64,000 nt of DNA, taken from assembly GCF_031769215.1 (NCBI RefSeq), contig NW_026782844.1, positions 186,001 through 250,000 of the forward strand, in the 5' to 3' direction. The notes under the pieces are model-generated. The model ran no database searches and was not told the origin of the DNA. It was given only the letters and a program-made list of their open reading frames with translations. Numbering within the stretch: position 1 is the stretch's first letter; each line of letters opens with the position of its first letter. Shown piece after piece: positions 13,701 through 25,700 of the stretch. This DNA comes from Ylistrum balloti (lineage: Eukaryota). A program made the translations under genes and the position numbers.

Positions 13701-16700
13701 AAAATTTTGATATCTTTGAAAATTCAGAAAATGTCAATAACTTTCCAATTATTACCTATACTTTTCCAAGTTCAGAAAAGAAAATGACACTGAAAATCTC
13801 CCAAACCAGATCACATTATTCACTACCCAACGTTTCCAGATATAGTGGGTAATGTTGTAAGGATTTGTCCCTGATTCATTAAATATATTTCATAATAATG
13901 TAAAACACAGAAAGTTTGGTTATGTTACATTCCTGTAGATAATTTAATAATAAGATAACTATAACACATTCATCTGTTGCTTTCCACATAATTAATGCCA
14001 TACCTGTTCAACAAGTTTTTTCACTTTTTTTAGATTTCCTTCAATACATGCTCGATGCAATGCAGTTTCTCCTTTTTCATTTCTCTGAAATCAGAATCAA
14101 GATATTGTTATAATTTAAACTTTAAATCACAAGCTAACTCTGTTTAACCTTGTTTATTTCTGAATTCAAGCATAGCTGCTTTTATATTCAGGTCAGAGTC
14201 TATAAAAAACATAATATAAAGGAAATGGTTACTGCTTTTGTGTTGTCTTTCACTGCTTCCTCAAAGTTTATCAAAGCAGTTTGCAAAAGCTATCACTTCA
14301 TTCTAAGATAAGGTTATACCCAGTGTACTAATTTACAAACTGAATATGTCAGTGATATATCTCAATCTATATGTACATAAATGTACATCAGACCTTAATA
14401 AATATGCACAACCTTATCATTTATTTCATAGCATAAGGACTCACAGAACAACTAAATGTCACATCAGATGTGAATGGTCCCACTCTAATGCAAACTAGTA
14501 TCTCTGTTTCTTTAACTTCTATCAATGTAATGGTAACAGATGAGAAGGAAGAGGTAGGGTTGAAGGTTAATATATTAATGATTCAGTTCAAGTTTAAAAA
14601 TTTATCATTCTGACAAAACTTGGATGGACTTACCTTTGTGGTAACTCTCCTTGCTACACCACGGACTGGGGCTGTCACCCTCGTCACATTTTCTTCATCA
14701 CAGGAACTATGCTCTAAAGATGTAACCAGATGGTAAAAAACAATGCTAACAAACACTTACATGAACACAATTCAGAAAGTACTGATCATTATAGCTTGAT
14801 TTAATAGGTTTGTTTAATTTTTATACTATTATTAATAAATCACAAGAAACATTATCATGAAAGATCAATTGTCTAAAACCAACTGATTTACTCACAAATG
14901 CTCTTTATCAGGAGGATTGAAAGTCAAATTCACATTTATCTGACATAATCCTGTACTTATATATGTATTACAGGACAAAGGCTTCTTTATCTATATAAAA
15001 CGGACAAGCGTATTTGTTGTACCCGATTCTGTCAAGTCATCAATGCTAAGGTTGCCATCATCTTCAACACCATCAGATTTTTGGGAGTCCTGCTCTTCCT
15101 CCGACAGTTCATCATCACTGTTTACATTGTACTTCTCCTTAAGGCGCTGACATTTCTCTTCCACTTGATTGGTGGACTGTTTATATGCCTTCTGGACCTC
15201 TAATAAAGACTTCAAAACATGCACCTACAACAACAAATAGAGAATCAAATCAAATGAATAACAGATCTACAATTACACAACACCCCTAAAACAACCAAGA
15301 CAAGACCGCCAAGATGACCTACAACTACAGGGATAACACAGATAGCTCAGACCAACATCTTAACTTTGAGAAACTGTAGATATTATGAAGGTCAACAAAC
15401 TACATCATTGAGCTTTCTGCTACTAAACTCCATACCTTCTCTAGACTGTTTGAATATGTAAAGACAAAGGTTCAAAGTTAGTGGTCAAACAAGTCTGTAA
15501 TGCCATCATTTATGTTTGACAATATTCAACAATCTTGACATTTGAACCTTGTAAGGTATGAAGTTTAACACTAAATCACTGAAAGCATATCAAAGTCATA
15601 GTTTGTTGTTTATACTATATGATAAGAATTCAGCCATCACTCAGACATTTGATAAGACTGCCGTGCTTTAACTCAGTATCAAGCCTAGTATATCATACAA
15701 TAGGTCTGCAGTATTTAGTTTCAATAGCACAAGTTTGGTATATGATACATAAAGTCTGCAGTGTTAAGTCTCCATAAGTTTGGTAATATACTTAAAACCC
15801 TTGTTGTAAGGTATGGGATACCATACCTGAAGTCAGCAGTGTTCAGCTTCCTAAGCACAAGTTTAGTAAGACCATATCTGAAGTATATGGTGCCTAACCA
15901 CAGTATCAAGCTTGATGAAAGCATACCTGGAGTCTTCGGTGCTTAGCTTCTTTAGCACAGTGAAAGCCTTTTACTAGAGAGTCGCTGACAGCATCATATT
16001 TATCTCCCCTTTGTTCCTGACAATCAGCTATATTGAGCCATGTACGACACATCTAAAATAATATCCAATAAAAATGAATATTAAATTTTTTCTTTAAGTG
16101 AATGGCACTTAGGACGAGAAAGACTTCTCTTCAACTTTTAAAAAGTTTCAATAAAAATGAATATTAAATTTTTTCTTTTAAGTGAATGGCACTTAGGACG
16201 AGAAAGACTTCTGTTCAACTTTTAAAAAGTTTCAATAAAAATGAATAATATGCAAAATGAAAATTGTGATATCCAAACCATTTAGACAAATCCTTCTGGA
16301 CTTAACTACCATCATCCATTTGTAATTGGGAAATCTATTGAAAAGCTATTCAAAACATTGCCTAGTAAACAACATTATAAATGATATGATGTACAGAAGG
16401 AAATTGAAATTGGTTAGTAGTTTCCTGTAAAAATTATAATTAATTCTTAAATTGGTAATTTGGCATCATACATCATCTAGATCCAAATATGGTAGCATGT
16501 GATTGTTACAAACCAACATCTTTTTAAAGAAACTTTAAGAACTCAATATACTAGTATAGTAAACACCTAACTATTATAACCAACCTGTTCCTTGTCATCC
16601 TGTCGACAGATCAATTCCCTGTTGTAGTACTCTATGGCCTGTGCGAATTGTTTATCATCAGCATATGTCTGAGCAAGCGAGACATAAATTGGGATCATTT

Positions 16701-16742
16701 CCTTCATTGGTTTCTGTAAGGTCTCTGCACAGGTCAACTAGA

Positions 16743-16782
<40 letters not shown>

Positions 16783-19700
16783 TATAAATGGCAAAGTGAC
16801 AAACATTTGTGAAACATGAATATGACCCAAATATTCTGATGGTGGTGAAGTTTCATGAAAAATTAACTAAAGTCACTCAAAAAATCATCCAACTCAATGC
16901 CAGGTGCTAAGTGAGCACCTCCTATCAGATCTGGAAGACTGAATCGGCTTTGGACATCAAATAATTGGTCACAGGATAATTCTAGTATACCAAGTAACAA
17001 ATCTTATGTTTTCCAATTTGGATCCCTATTTGCAAAATAAAAGTCATACTTCAACAGCAGGGAATGTGTCACGAGTTTTCTAACAACAGTTAACTGCCCG
17101 TTATCAGTTCTAACATTTAATAACCTTCCGGAGATGAATTGTCCAGACTGCTGACTGCATTGCTGTATCAATAGTGAAGCAAAAGACTACTAGGGAATCA
17201 GAAGTGTTGGGAATTGGAGGTTAGCTACATATAACCTGTCTGGGACTCACATCAACATCATTGCATTGCTACCTTACTATGATAAGCTATATTCATTGGT
17301 TGATTAGGTAACTTTCCTATACAAAATGAAGCAAAGCAAAAACAAAGGATACAAGACTTCAGTTTACATTGGTAAATCAATTGTATCATTAAAGGTGACA
17401 ATAGAAGTTAAAAATCTATTATGCTGAGATAAGAAAAAAAAAAAAAAAGTTTCCATTTTACAAATGCATTGGAGATGTGCCCTCTGTAAACATGTTATTA
17501 TCTGTTAATGATTCCACAATCTTGATCACGAAAGTACAAGATACTTCAAAATATTTTAAGAAGCATGAGAACGATTGACAAAGAAGAAAGCAGGGGCAAA
17601 CTTATTTTCTTCTTATCTAGATAATGGTAAAGAGTGATATTTTTTTACCATAACCTTTACCAATGACTTAAATCTAATCAGGTTTAGACTTTGGTGGGGG
17701 ATGATATTATGTGAATATCAAATAAATCTGTCCATGAGTTCATGACGTACAGTAAAACTCACTGGTGTTGAACATGCTTGAATCAAATACATCAGATGAG
17801 GAGAGAGTTTTGTTTTTTGTTTGGTCCCAATTTTTTCTTTTCTTTGTATGAGTAAATGAAACAGAATGATTAGAATACTGTTGAGTTCAATTTAGTGTTT
17901 GTGTCAATTTCTTTTGTGGTCCATTCCTTCGAAATTCGGCCAAAATTTCCTTTTTGTGTTGAATATACAGGTGTCACATTGTCTCACGCAAAAATTTCGA
18001 GCCCTATTGTAATTTTTAATCAAACATTGTTCTCTGCTTTTACACAGGTGAAAGTAAGAATTTATAAAGAACTAAAAATAAAATACACTGTAGTCTGTTA
18101 ACTAAATCTACTGTGTTGTTTCTTACTTTTTATGCGCATGGCAGCCAGAAATCAAAAGCAAAAACCAAGTGATTACTACTGCACCGATACAGATTTTCAA
18201 TACATTTACTGATATACATGTACATATACAAAGCATAAGTTTTACTTTATTCTTTTGTACAGTATACACTTTTATGAAGCTGTATGTGTAAAGTTATGCT
18301 TCATTGACGTTTCCGTGGCCTTCATCTTTTCAAAAGCAAGCTCAGTGCTATCAATGTTCATAAATATGTATTTATTTCAAAATATTGTCGATGGGACTTG
18401 TTACCCTTAAGGATATAAACATGAGTACACTATTTGTATCAATTTCACTAGGTGCTGTGTATGAGAATAAATGTGTATTCATGTGTGTGCTGCAATGATG
18501 AGTGTTTCATTGTACATTATTTGTTTTATACATGTCTTTGTACTTATAAGTGCTTATTTGATAAAACATACCTTGATAAAATTGTAAAATGTTCTTATTC
18601 ATTTATTACTTATTCTTCATTACTGTCACATCATGCTATGTGTCAAGTAAACAACTAATGAAAATAGGGTTAATCTTCAATGCAAAACGTCTCCATTCAT
18701 AGAAACACAGCTAAGATGAACCATCGAATAAGTCAAATATTTCATTTGACTCTGTTGATTTCGACTTAAGCATGTTTTACTGTATGTTGCACAGATGCAT
18801 GCACACACGAAAGTGTTTACAATATACTGCCCACCTTTCTCTTACAGAAGTGGACATACAGAAAATATTAACAAGAGGGACTGACAGAAAGAAAATAATA
18901 GAAAGCAATCTGATATATCCTCTAATGATTATGGGCTAATTGAAAAGCTAGTTCTAAAGATAATCTTGAAGCCCAGCAAACCGAATATCTACAGATTTAC
19001 ATACCATTGAGTGGTAATACTCCAAAGCCTGCTTGAAGATACCAATTTCAGCAGAACAATCTCCCATTGTTTCATACAATTTCATCTTCTTTTCTGATTC
19101 TCCTTCACCCAAATCGGCTAATGAGGATGAGGTATCTTCCATCTTAGACACTGAAATATGAACAAAAAGAAACCTGATACAGGAGGCATCTTCAGCACTA
19201 AACAAGAGATCCCAGAGGGACCTAAGGTTAATCAGCATCATCCTTAGCTTCATTCTGGCAGTGTGACCTGGGCTTAAGATATGTAAAATGCAAACATGAT
19301 ACAGGAGAAATATTTCACCTCAGAAACACTAAAACCAACGATACACTGCATGCAGGTGATATTATTTTAATAAGACTTTTTTTAACATTTTACATCCCCA
19401 ATGAGCTATTATAAAGAATTTATCTTTATTTTTGGACTTATTTTGCAGAGATTCATAACAAGAAATTTAATATACCAATTAAATTCCATTAATAGAAGCT
19501 AAAGGTATGTTTTTAAAACCATTGATAAAAGAGGTCAACAGCAGACAGGTGACAAGTAGCCATTTGTATAATTAACTACAAAGGCACAATTCAATGGTGG
19601 TGATAGGGAAAAACGTGTCAGCAATTTCCATCAAACTTGAGAGTACACTTTCTATTTGAATTTGAAGCATAAAACTGACACACCTGTTTCATGTTCATTT

Positions 19701-22700
19701 ATTTTTCTTATCCATCACAGTCATCGTAATGAATTTGTTAAACTATTAGTGTGCACTGTAGTCATAACAATTGTAAGGTGTATTAATTTTTTCAGGAAAT
19801 TTGAAAACTACAGGAAAAAAAATGTTGTTTCTTGCCATTTCCCTTATCTTCCATGATGGCTAGCTATAATCAGTTATCATTAGCTTGTTCCCAATTCAAC
19901 CAATTTCAATTATAATTGAGTATCTGGGCTGTACAGAAATACAATAACAAGGACTTCAAAATCTCTTTTAAGAGAAAATATTGTTTTAGCAAAATGATGT
20001 CGTAGAAGCAAATATCTAAGACTTGGATAATTTATCATCGAGTACATTCCATTTTACACCTGATAGTATCCCACCTGCTTTGAAGGTCCTCATTATCCGC
20101 TGTTTTTCGTCACCGACTGATGAAGTTGCTTTGTACGTCTTTTTCAAGGCATGCTTACTTCCACTGTAATCCCCCAGTAGTAGACTAACCTAAAAAAGGT
20201 CATATCACACAGAGCTAAATTACAAAATATGTTACACCCATTTACACTTTAAGAAAACCTTCAACTGTTCAATCATCAGTCAGATCAGAGGAAATAATAG
20301 TCCTCTTCAATACAACCCAGGTTCCTGTAGAGAAAATCCACAGGTCTTAAACTAAGGAAAACTATAGCAATTGAATGTAATTCTAGGACATATTCAACTT
20401 ATAAAATAACCTAAATATGTTAATGATCATTAGCCAGTCACAAAAACTGTTGATCAAGATACTTTCAAAATGCTGCAAATGACAAGTAGGGGATGCACAC
20501 CAAAAGCAGTGTTACAAAATCACCAATCCAGGGGAGACACATCAATAAGCACCATTACATAATCACCAAATGATATCAACAGAACACACATAAATAAGTA
20601 GCATCACAAATCACTAAATGACATCAAGGGGACACATATCAATAAGCAGCATTACATAATCACTAAATGACATCCAGGGGAGGCACATCAATAACCAGCA
20701 TTACATAAACACTAAATGACATCAAGGGGAGGCACACCAATAAGTACCATTACATAAAAACTAAATGACATCCAGGGGAGGCACATCAATAAGCACCATT
20801 ACATAAAAACTAAATGACATCCAGTGGAGGCACATCAATAAGCACCATTACATAAAAACTAAATGACATCCAGGGGAGGCACATCAATAAGCACCATTAC
20901 ATAAAAACTAAATGACATCCAGTGGAGGCACATCAATAAGCAGCATTACATAATCACTAAATGACATCCAGGGGAGGCACATCAATAAGCACCATTACAT
21001 AAACACTAAATGACATCCAGGGGAGGCACACCAATAAGTACCATTACATAAACACTAAATGACATCCAGGGGAGGCACATCAATAAGCAGCATTACATAA
21101 AAACTAAATGACATCCAGTGGAGGCACATCAATAAGCACCATTACATAAACACTAAATGACATCCAGTGGAGGCACATCAATAAGCACCATTACATAAAC
21201 ACTAAATGACATCCAGGGGAGGCACATCAATAAGCACCATTACATAAAAACTAAATGACATCCAGTGGAGGCACATCAATAAGCACCATTACATAAAAAC
21301 TAAATGACATCCAGGGGAGGCACATCAATAAGCACCATTACATAAACACTAAATGACATCCAGGGGAGGCACATCAATAAGCAGCATTACATAATCACTA
21401 AATGACATCCAGGGGAGGCACATCAATAAGCAGCATTACATAAACACTAAATGACATCCAGGGGAGGCACATCAATATGCAGCATTACATAACACTAAAT
21501 GACATCCAGGGGAGGCACATCAATAAGTAGCATTACATAACACTAAATGACATCCAGGGGAGGCACATCAATAAGTATCATTACATAAACACTAAATGAC
21601 ATCCAGGGGAGGCACATCAATAAGTATCATTACATTATCACTAAATGACATCCAGGGGAGGCACATCAATATGCAGCATTACATAACACTAAATGATATC
21701 CAGGGGAGGCACATCAATAAGTACCATTACATTATCACTAAATGACATCCAGGGGAGGCACATCAATAAGCACCATTACATAAACACTAAATGACATCCA
21801 GTGGAGGCACATCTATAAGTATCATTACATTATCACTAAATGACATCCAGTGGAGGCACATCAATAAGTATCATTACATTATCACTAAATGACATCCAGG
21901 GGAGGCACATCAATAAGCACCATTACATAAACACTAAATGACATCCAGTGGAGGCACATCAATAAGTATCATTACATTATCACTAAATGACATCCAGGGG
22001 AGGCACATCAATAAGTACCATTACATTATCACTAAATGACATCCAGGGGAGGCACATCAATAAGCACCATTACATAAACACTAAATGACATCCAGTGGAG
22101 GCACATCAATAAGTATCATTACATTATCACTAAATGACATCCAGGGGAGGCACATCAATAAGTATCATTACATTATCACTAAATGACATCCAGGGGAGGC
22201 ACATCAATAAGCAGCATTACATAAACACTAAATGACATCCAGGGGAGGCACATCTATAAGCAGTAATACATTATCACCAAGTAAAAGCTTATTTCAGGAA
22301 GGTGTGGCAAAATCTGAAGAGGTATTATTGGAAATTTACTTTATACATATTGAAATCACAAGGATTTATCTAAATCCATATCTACCTAATATCTTCAACC
22401 ATAACAAAAATTTGTCATATGAATTCAAACAACTATCTCAGAATGTGATTATAGTTTATGTTGTGTCTTGTGCAATGTAACAAAGCATTCTCTGGTAAAG
22501 TGAAACAAAGCATTCTCTGGTACAGTGAAACAAAGCATTCTCTGGTACAGTGAAACAAAGCATTCTCTGGTAAAGTGAAACAAAGCATTCTCTGGTAAAG
22601 TGAAACAAAGCATTCTCTGGTACAGTGAAAAACAAAAGATCTTCTGGCACAGTGAAACAAAGCATTCTCTGGTACTGAAAAACAAAAGATCTTCCGGTAC

Positions 22701-25700
22701 AGTGAAACAAAGCATTCTCTTGTACTGAAAAACAAAAGATCTTCCGGTACAGTGAAACAAAGCATTCTCTGGTACTGAAAAACAAAAGATCTTCCGGTAC
22801 AGTGAAACAAAGCATTCTCTGGTACTGAAAAACAAAAGATCTTCCGGTACAGTGAAACAAAGCATTCTCTGGTACTGAAAAACAAAAGATCTTCCGGTAC
22901 AGTGAAACAAAGCATTCTCTGGTACTGAAAAACAAAAGATCTTCTGGTACAGTTAAACAAAGCATTCTCTGGTACTGAAAAACAAAAGATCTTCTGGTAC
23001 AGTGAAACAAAGCATTCTCTGGTACTGAAAAACAAAAGATCTTCCGGTACAGTGAAACAAAGCATTCTCTGGTACTGAAAAACAAAAGATCTTCTGACAC
23101 AGTAAAAGAAAGCATTCTCTGGTACTGAAAAACAAAAGATCTTCCGGTACAGTGAAACAAAGGATCTTCTGGTAAAAGGAAGTAAAGCATTCTCTAGCAC
23201 AATGAAACAAAGAAACATGGTTCTCTAATCACTTACAACAGCTTTTTGGAATACAACTTCATTTTCCAGGGATTTATCTTTGAGTTTGACAGCAGACTTG
23301 AAACCAGCCTCCAAATAGCGGTGGGCCTGACTAAGGTTACCTCCTCTTTGGTATATTCCTGCGAGGGTAACCTGACATCTGTATAAATTGTTATACAGAC
23401 AGTGGGTCCTACAAAAACCAAGCATGCAAATTCATGAACAGACATATCAAGGAACTATTACATAGTGGTAAGGAAAAATGCTAACTCATCTTAATTCTCA
23501 AGGAACATATTACACAGTGTAGAATTGGATAAAGACAATTGTGCTGATGATTAATGAGAGGATATTAAAGGACTGACAAAATATCATCAGTCTGGGAACT
23601 TTACATCATCATGTAAAATACAAGGCATTGCATTATAATGATCACAATAGCTCAATTTAAATGAAGATAATACATACATTGATCAGCAATTTATTCTGTT
23701 TTATGGTTTGAAAACAAAATACCAACATTCTGTGTAGTGCGATATGCAAACACAATGAAAAAGCTATCCAGTTCCTATCAAAATACCAGAAAAAAAATAG
23801 CTAAAACTATTTAAATCAGATTTACTCCTATCGATAATATGAAAGTTCACTAAGCCTATGATAGTGGTTGTAACAAATAGTGGCAGTATGAGTTGGACTG
23901 GGCCTTAAGCTTAACTATTTAACTATTTTTGTACTTTAGCTGTCAATTTTGAAAAAAAAAATGTGTCTGTGGTATCGCTAAATATCTATAATCAGAAAGT
24001 AAAAATAAGTGATTAAAACGGGCAAAATAATGTTATACATTTATATATTGCAATATGACCATTCCTTATTGCAATATATCATGATACACTACAAACCTAT
24101 CAATACACCTCATACATACTGTGATAATGACAGAGCCCTTTTCATGTATTCTGCACATTGTCTGGTGTTTCTGTCGCTGTCACTTACCAAGGCTGAATAT
24201 AGAAATAATAGCAAGTTCAGTGGGGTTCATACAAATGTAATCCTGATCTGATCAGGAAACAATGTACATTGTGGATAATTATATCAATAACTATAAATGT
24301 AATCTGATCGGTGAACATGACTGAAGATATTACTAAAATTTAAAGGTATGATTTTAAAAAGACAAAACTGTGATTTTTTAATTCTTCCTTTCATTTTAAA
24401 ACATTACTTATATTTATGTACCATTTCAAAGGTTTCCTTATTAAAGTAAAACATTTTCAGGTATTCCTATTAATAACAGTAAAATTTTGTTTAGATCATG
24501 ATTTTTTCACATGCTTTCCATTTCTGTGCTAAATGTACATAGTATTTCTCCCTCTATTCGTTAAACAGGTGTCACTGACACCAAATGTTACCTGTGTTAC
24601 ACCTTACTGCATCAACTCACTGTGTTAATACAGGTGTCCAACAGGACAGCAGATAATTTCCAGATAAGTGTGGCATGATTACTTAAATATACTGCCATTG
24701 GCTACGTCAGATGATTGATTCATGAGGACATTTCATATAAATTTGTATTTCAGACCGCCGTAAGAAATCCATCAGTGTTAGAGCAGAAGTTTGCTTTTGG
24801 TGTGAAACAAAATGATGAAATGTCACATATTTAGCAAGACGGCACAGATGGACAAGCCAATGGAATTGTTCCTAATACTGATTACTTTTCAAAAGCTTTC
24901 ATCAGAACACATTCATAAAATTGTTTCTGATCTCTGTAGCTTGTCAAGCTTTCATGCCTTGTTGTTAACAATGAAATGAAAGCAGAGCAAATCACGAAAA
25001 AAAATTTTTTGGAGGGAAATACTTGTAGCCATTATTTTCAACCAACCAATCTAGGCAAGATATAGTGTTGTTTTATCACTATGATTTACCTTCAAGTTGT
25101 AATAGTTTTAAGTAAATCTCTCATCACCTGATTGCAATACTTGGTATACTTTCTCTGGTTATTTGTAAAAGTTTACAGAAAATCTCTCATCACCTGATTG
25201 CAATACTTGGTATACTTTCTCTGGTTGTTTGTAAAAGTTTACAGAAAATCTCTCATCACCCAACTGTAATACTTGGTATACTTTCTCTGGCTATTTGTAA
25301 AAGTTTACAGAAAATCTCTCATCACCTGATTGTAATACTTGGTATACTTTCTCTGGTTGTTTGTAAAAGTTTACAGAAAATCTCTCATCACCTGATTGTA
25401 ATACTTGGTATACTTTCTCTGGTTATTTTTAACAGTTTTACAGTAAATCTCTCATCACCTGATTGTAATACTTGGTATACTTTCTCTGGCTATTTGTAAA
25501 AGTTTACAGAAAACCTCTCATCACCTAACTGTAATACTTGGTATACTTTCTCTGGTTATTTTTAACAGTTTTACAGTAAATCTCTCATCACCTGACTGTA
25601 ACCAATACTACACTTACCCAAGTTTAAGAAAATCCTTGCCTTCATTTCTGCATATTCTTTGGTTTCAATAACATTTTTCAACTGTTCACAAAGCTCTAAG

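Noticed and set aside
17434-17448. A15 tract as a retroposon tail
   Set aside because: No TSD or recognisable upstream element.
17780-18040. Possible LINE ORF2 remnant on the minus strand ([13 protein letters not shown]...KRKFW)
   Set aside because: Too short and degenerate to support without a database search.
20475-22281. CRISPR-like appearance of regular repeats (also 63245-64000)
   Set aside because: There are no unique spacers, units are contiguous variants, the context is a eukaryotic intron, and no cas genes are present.
22433-23218. Three overlapping Cys/Phe-rich ORFs
   Set aside because: Translations of the 25/50-bp array cycling through frames.
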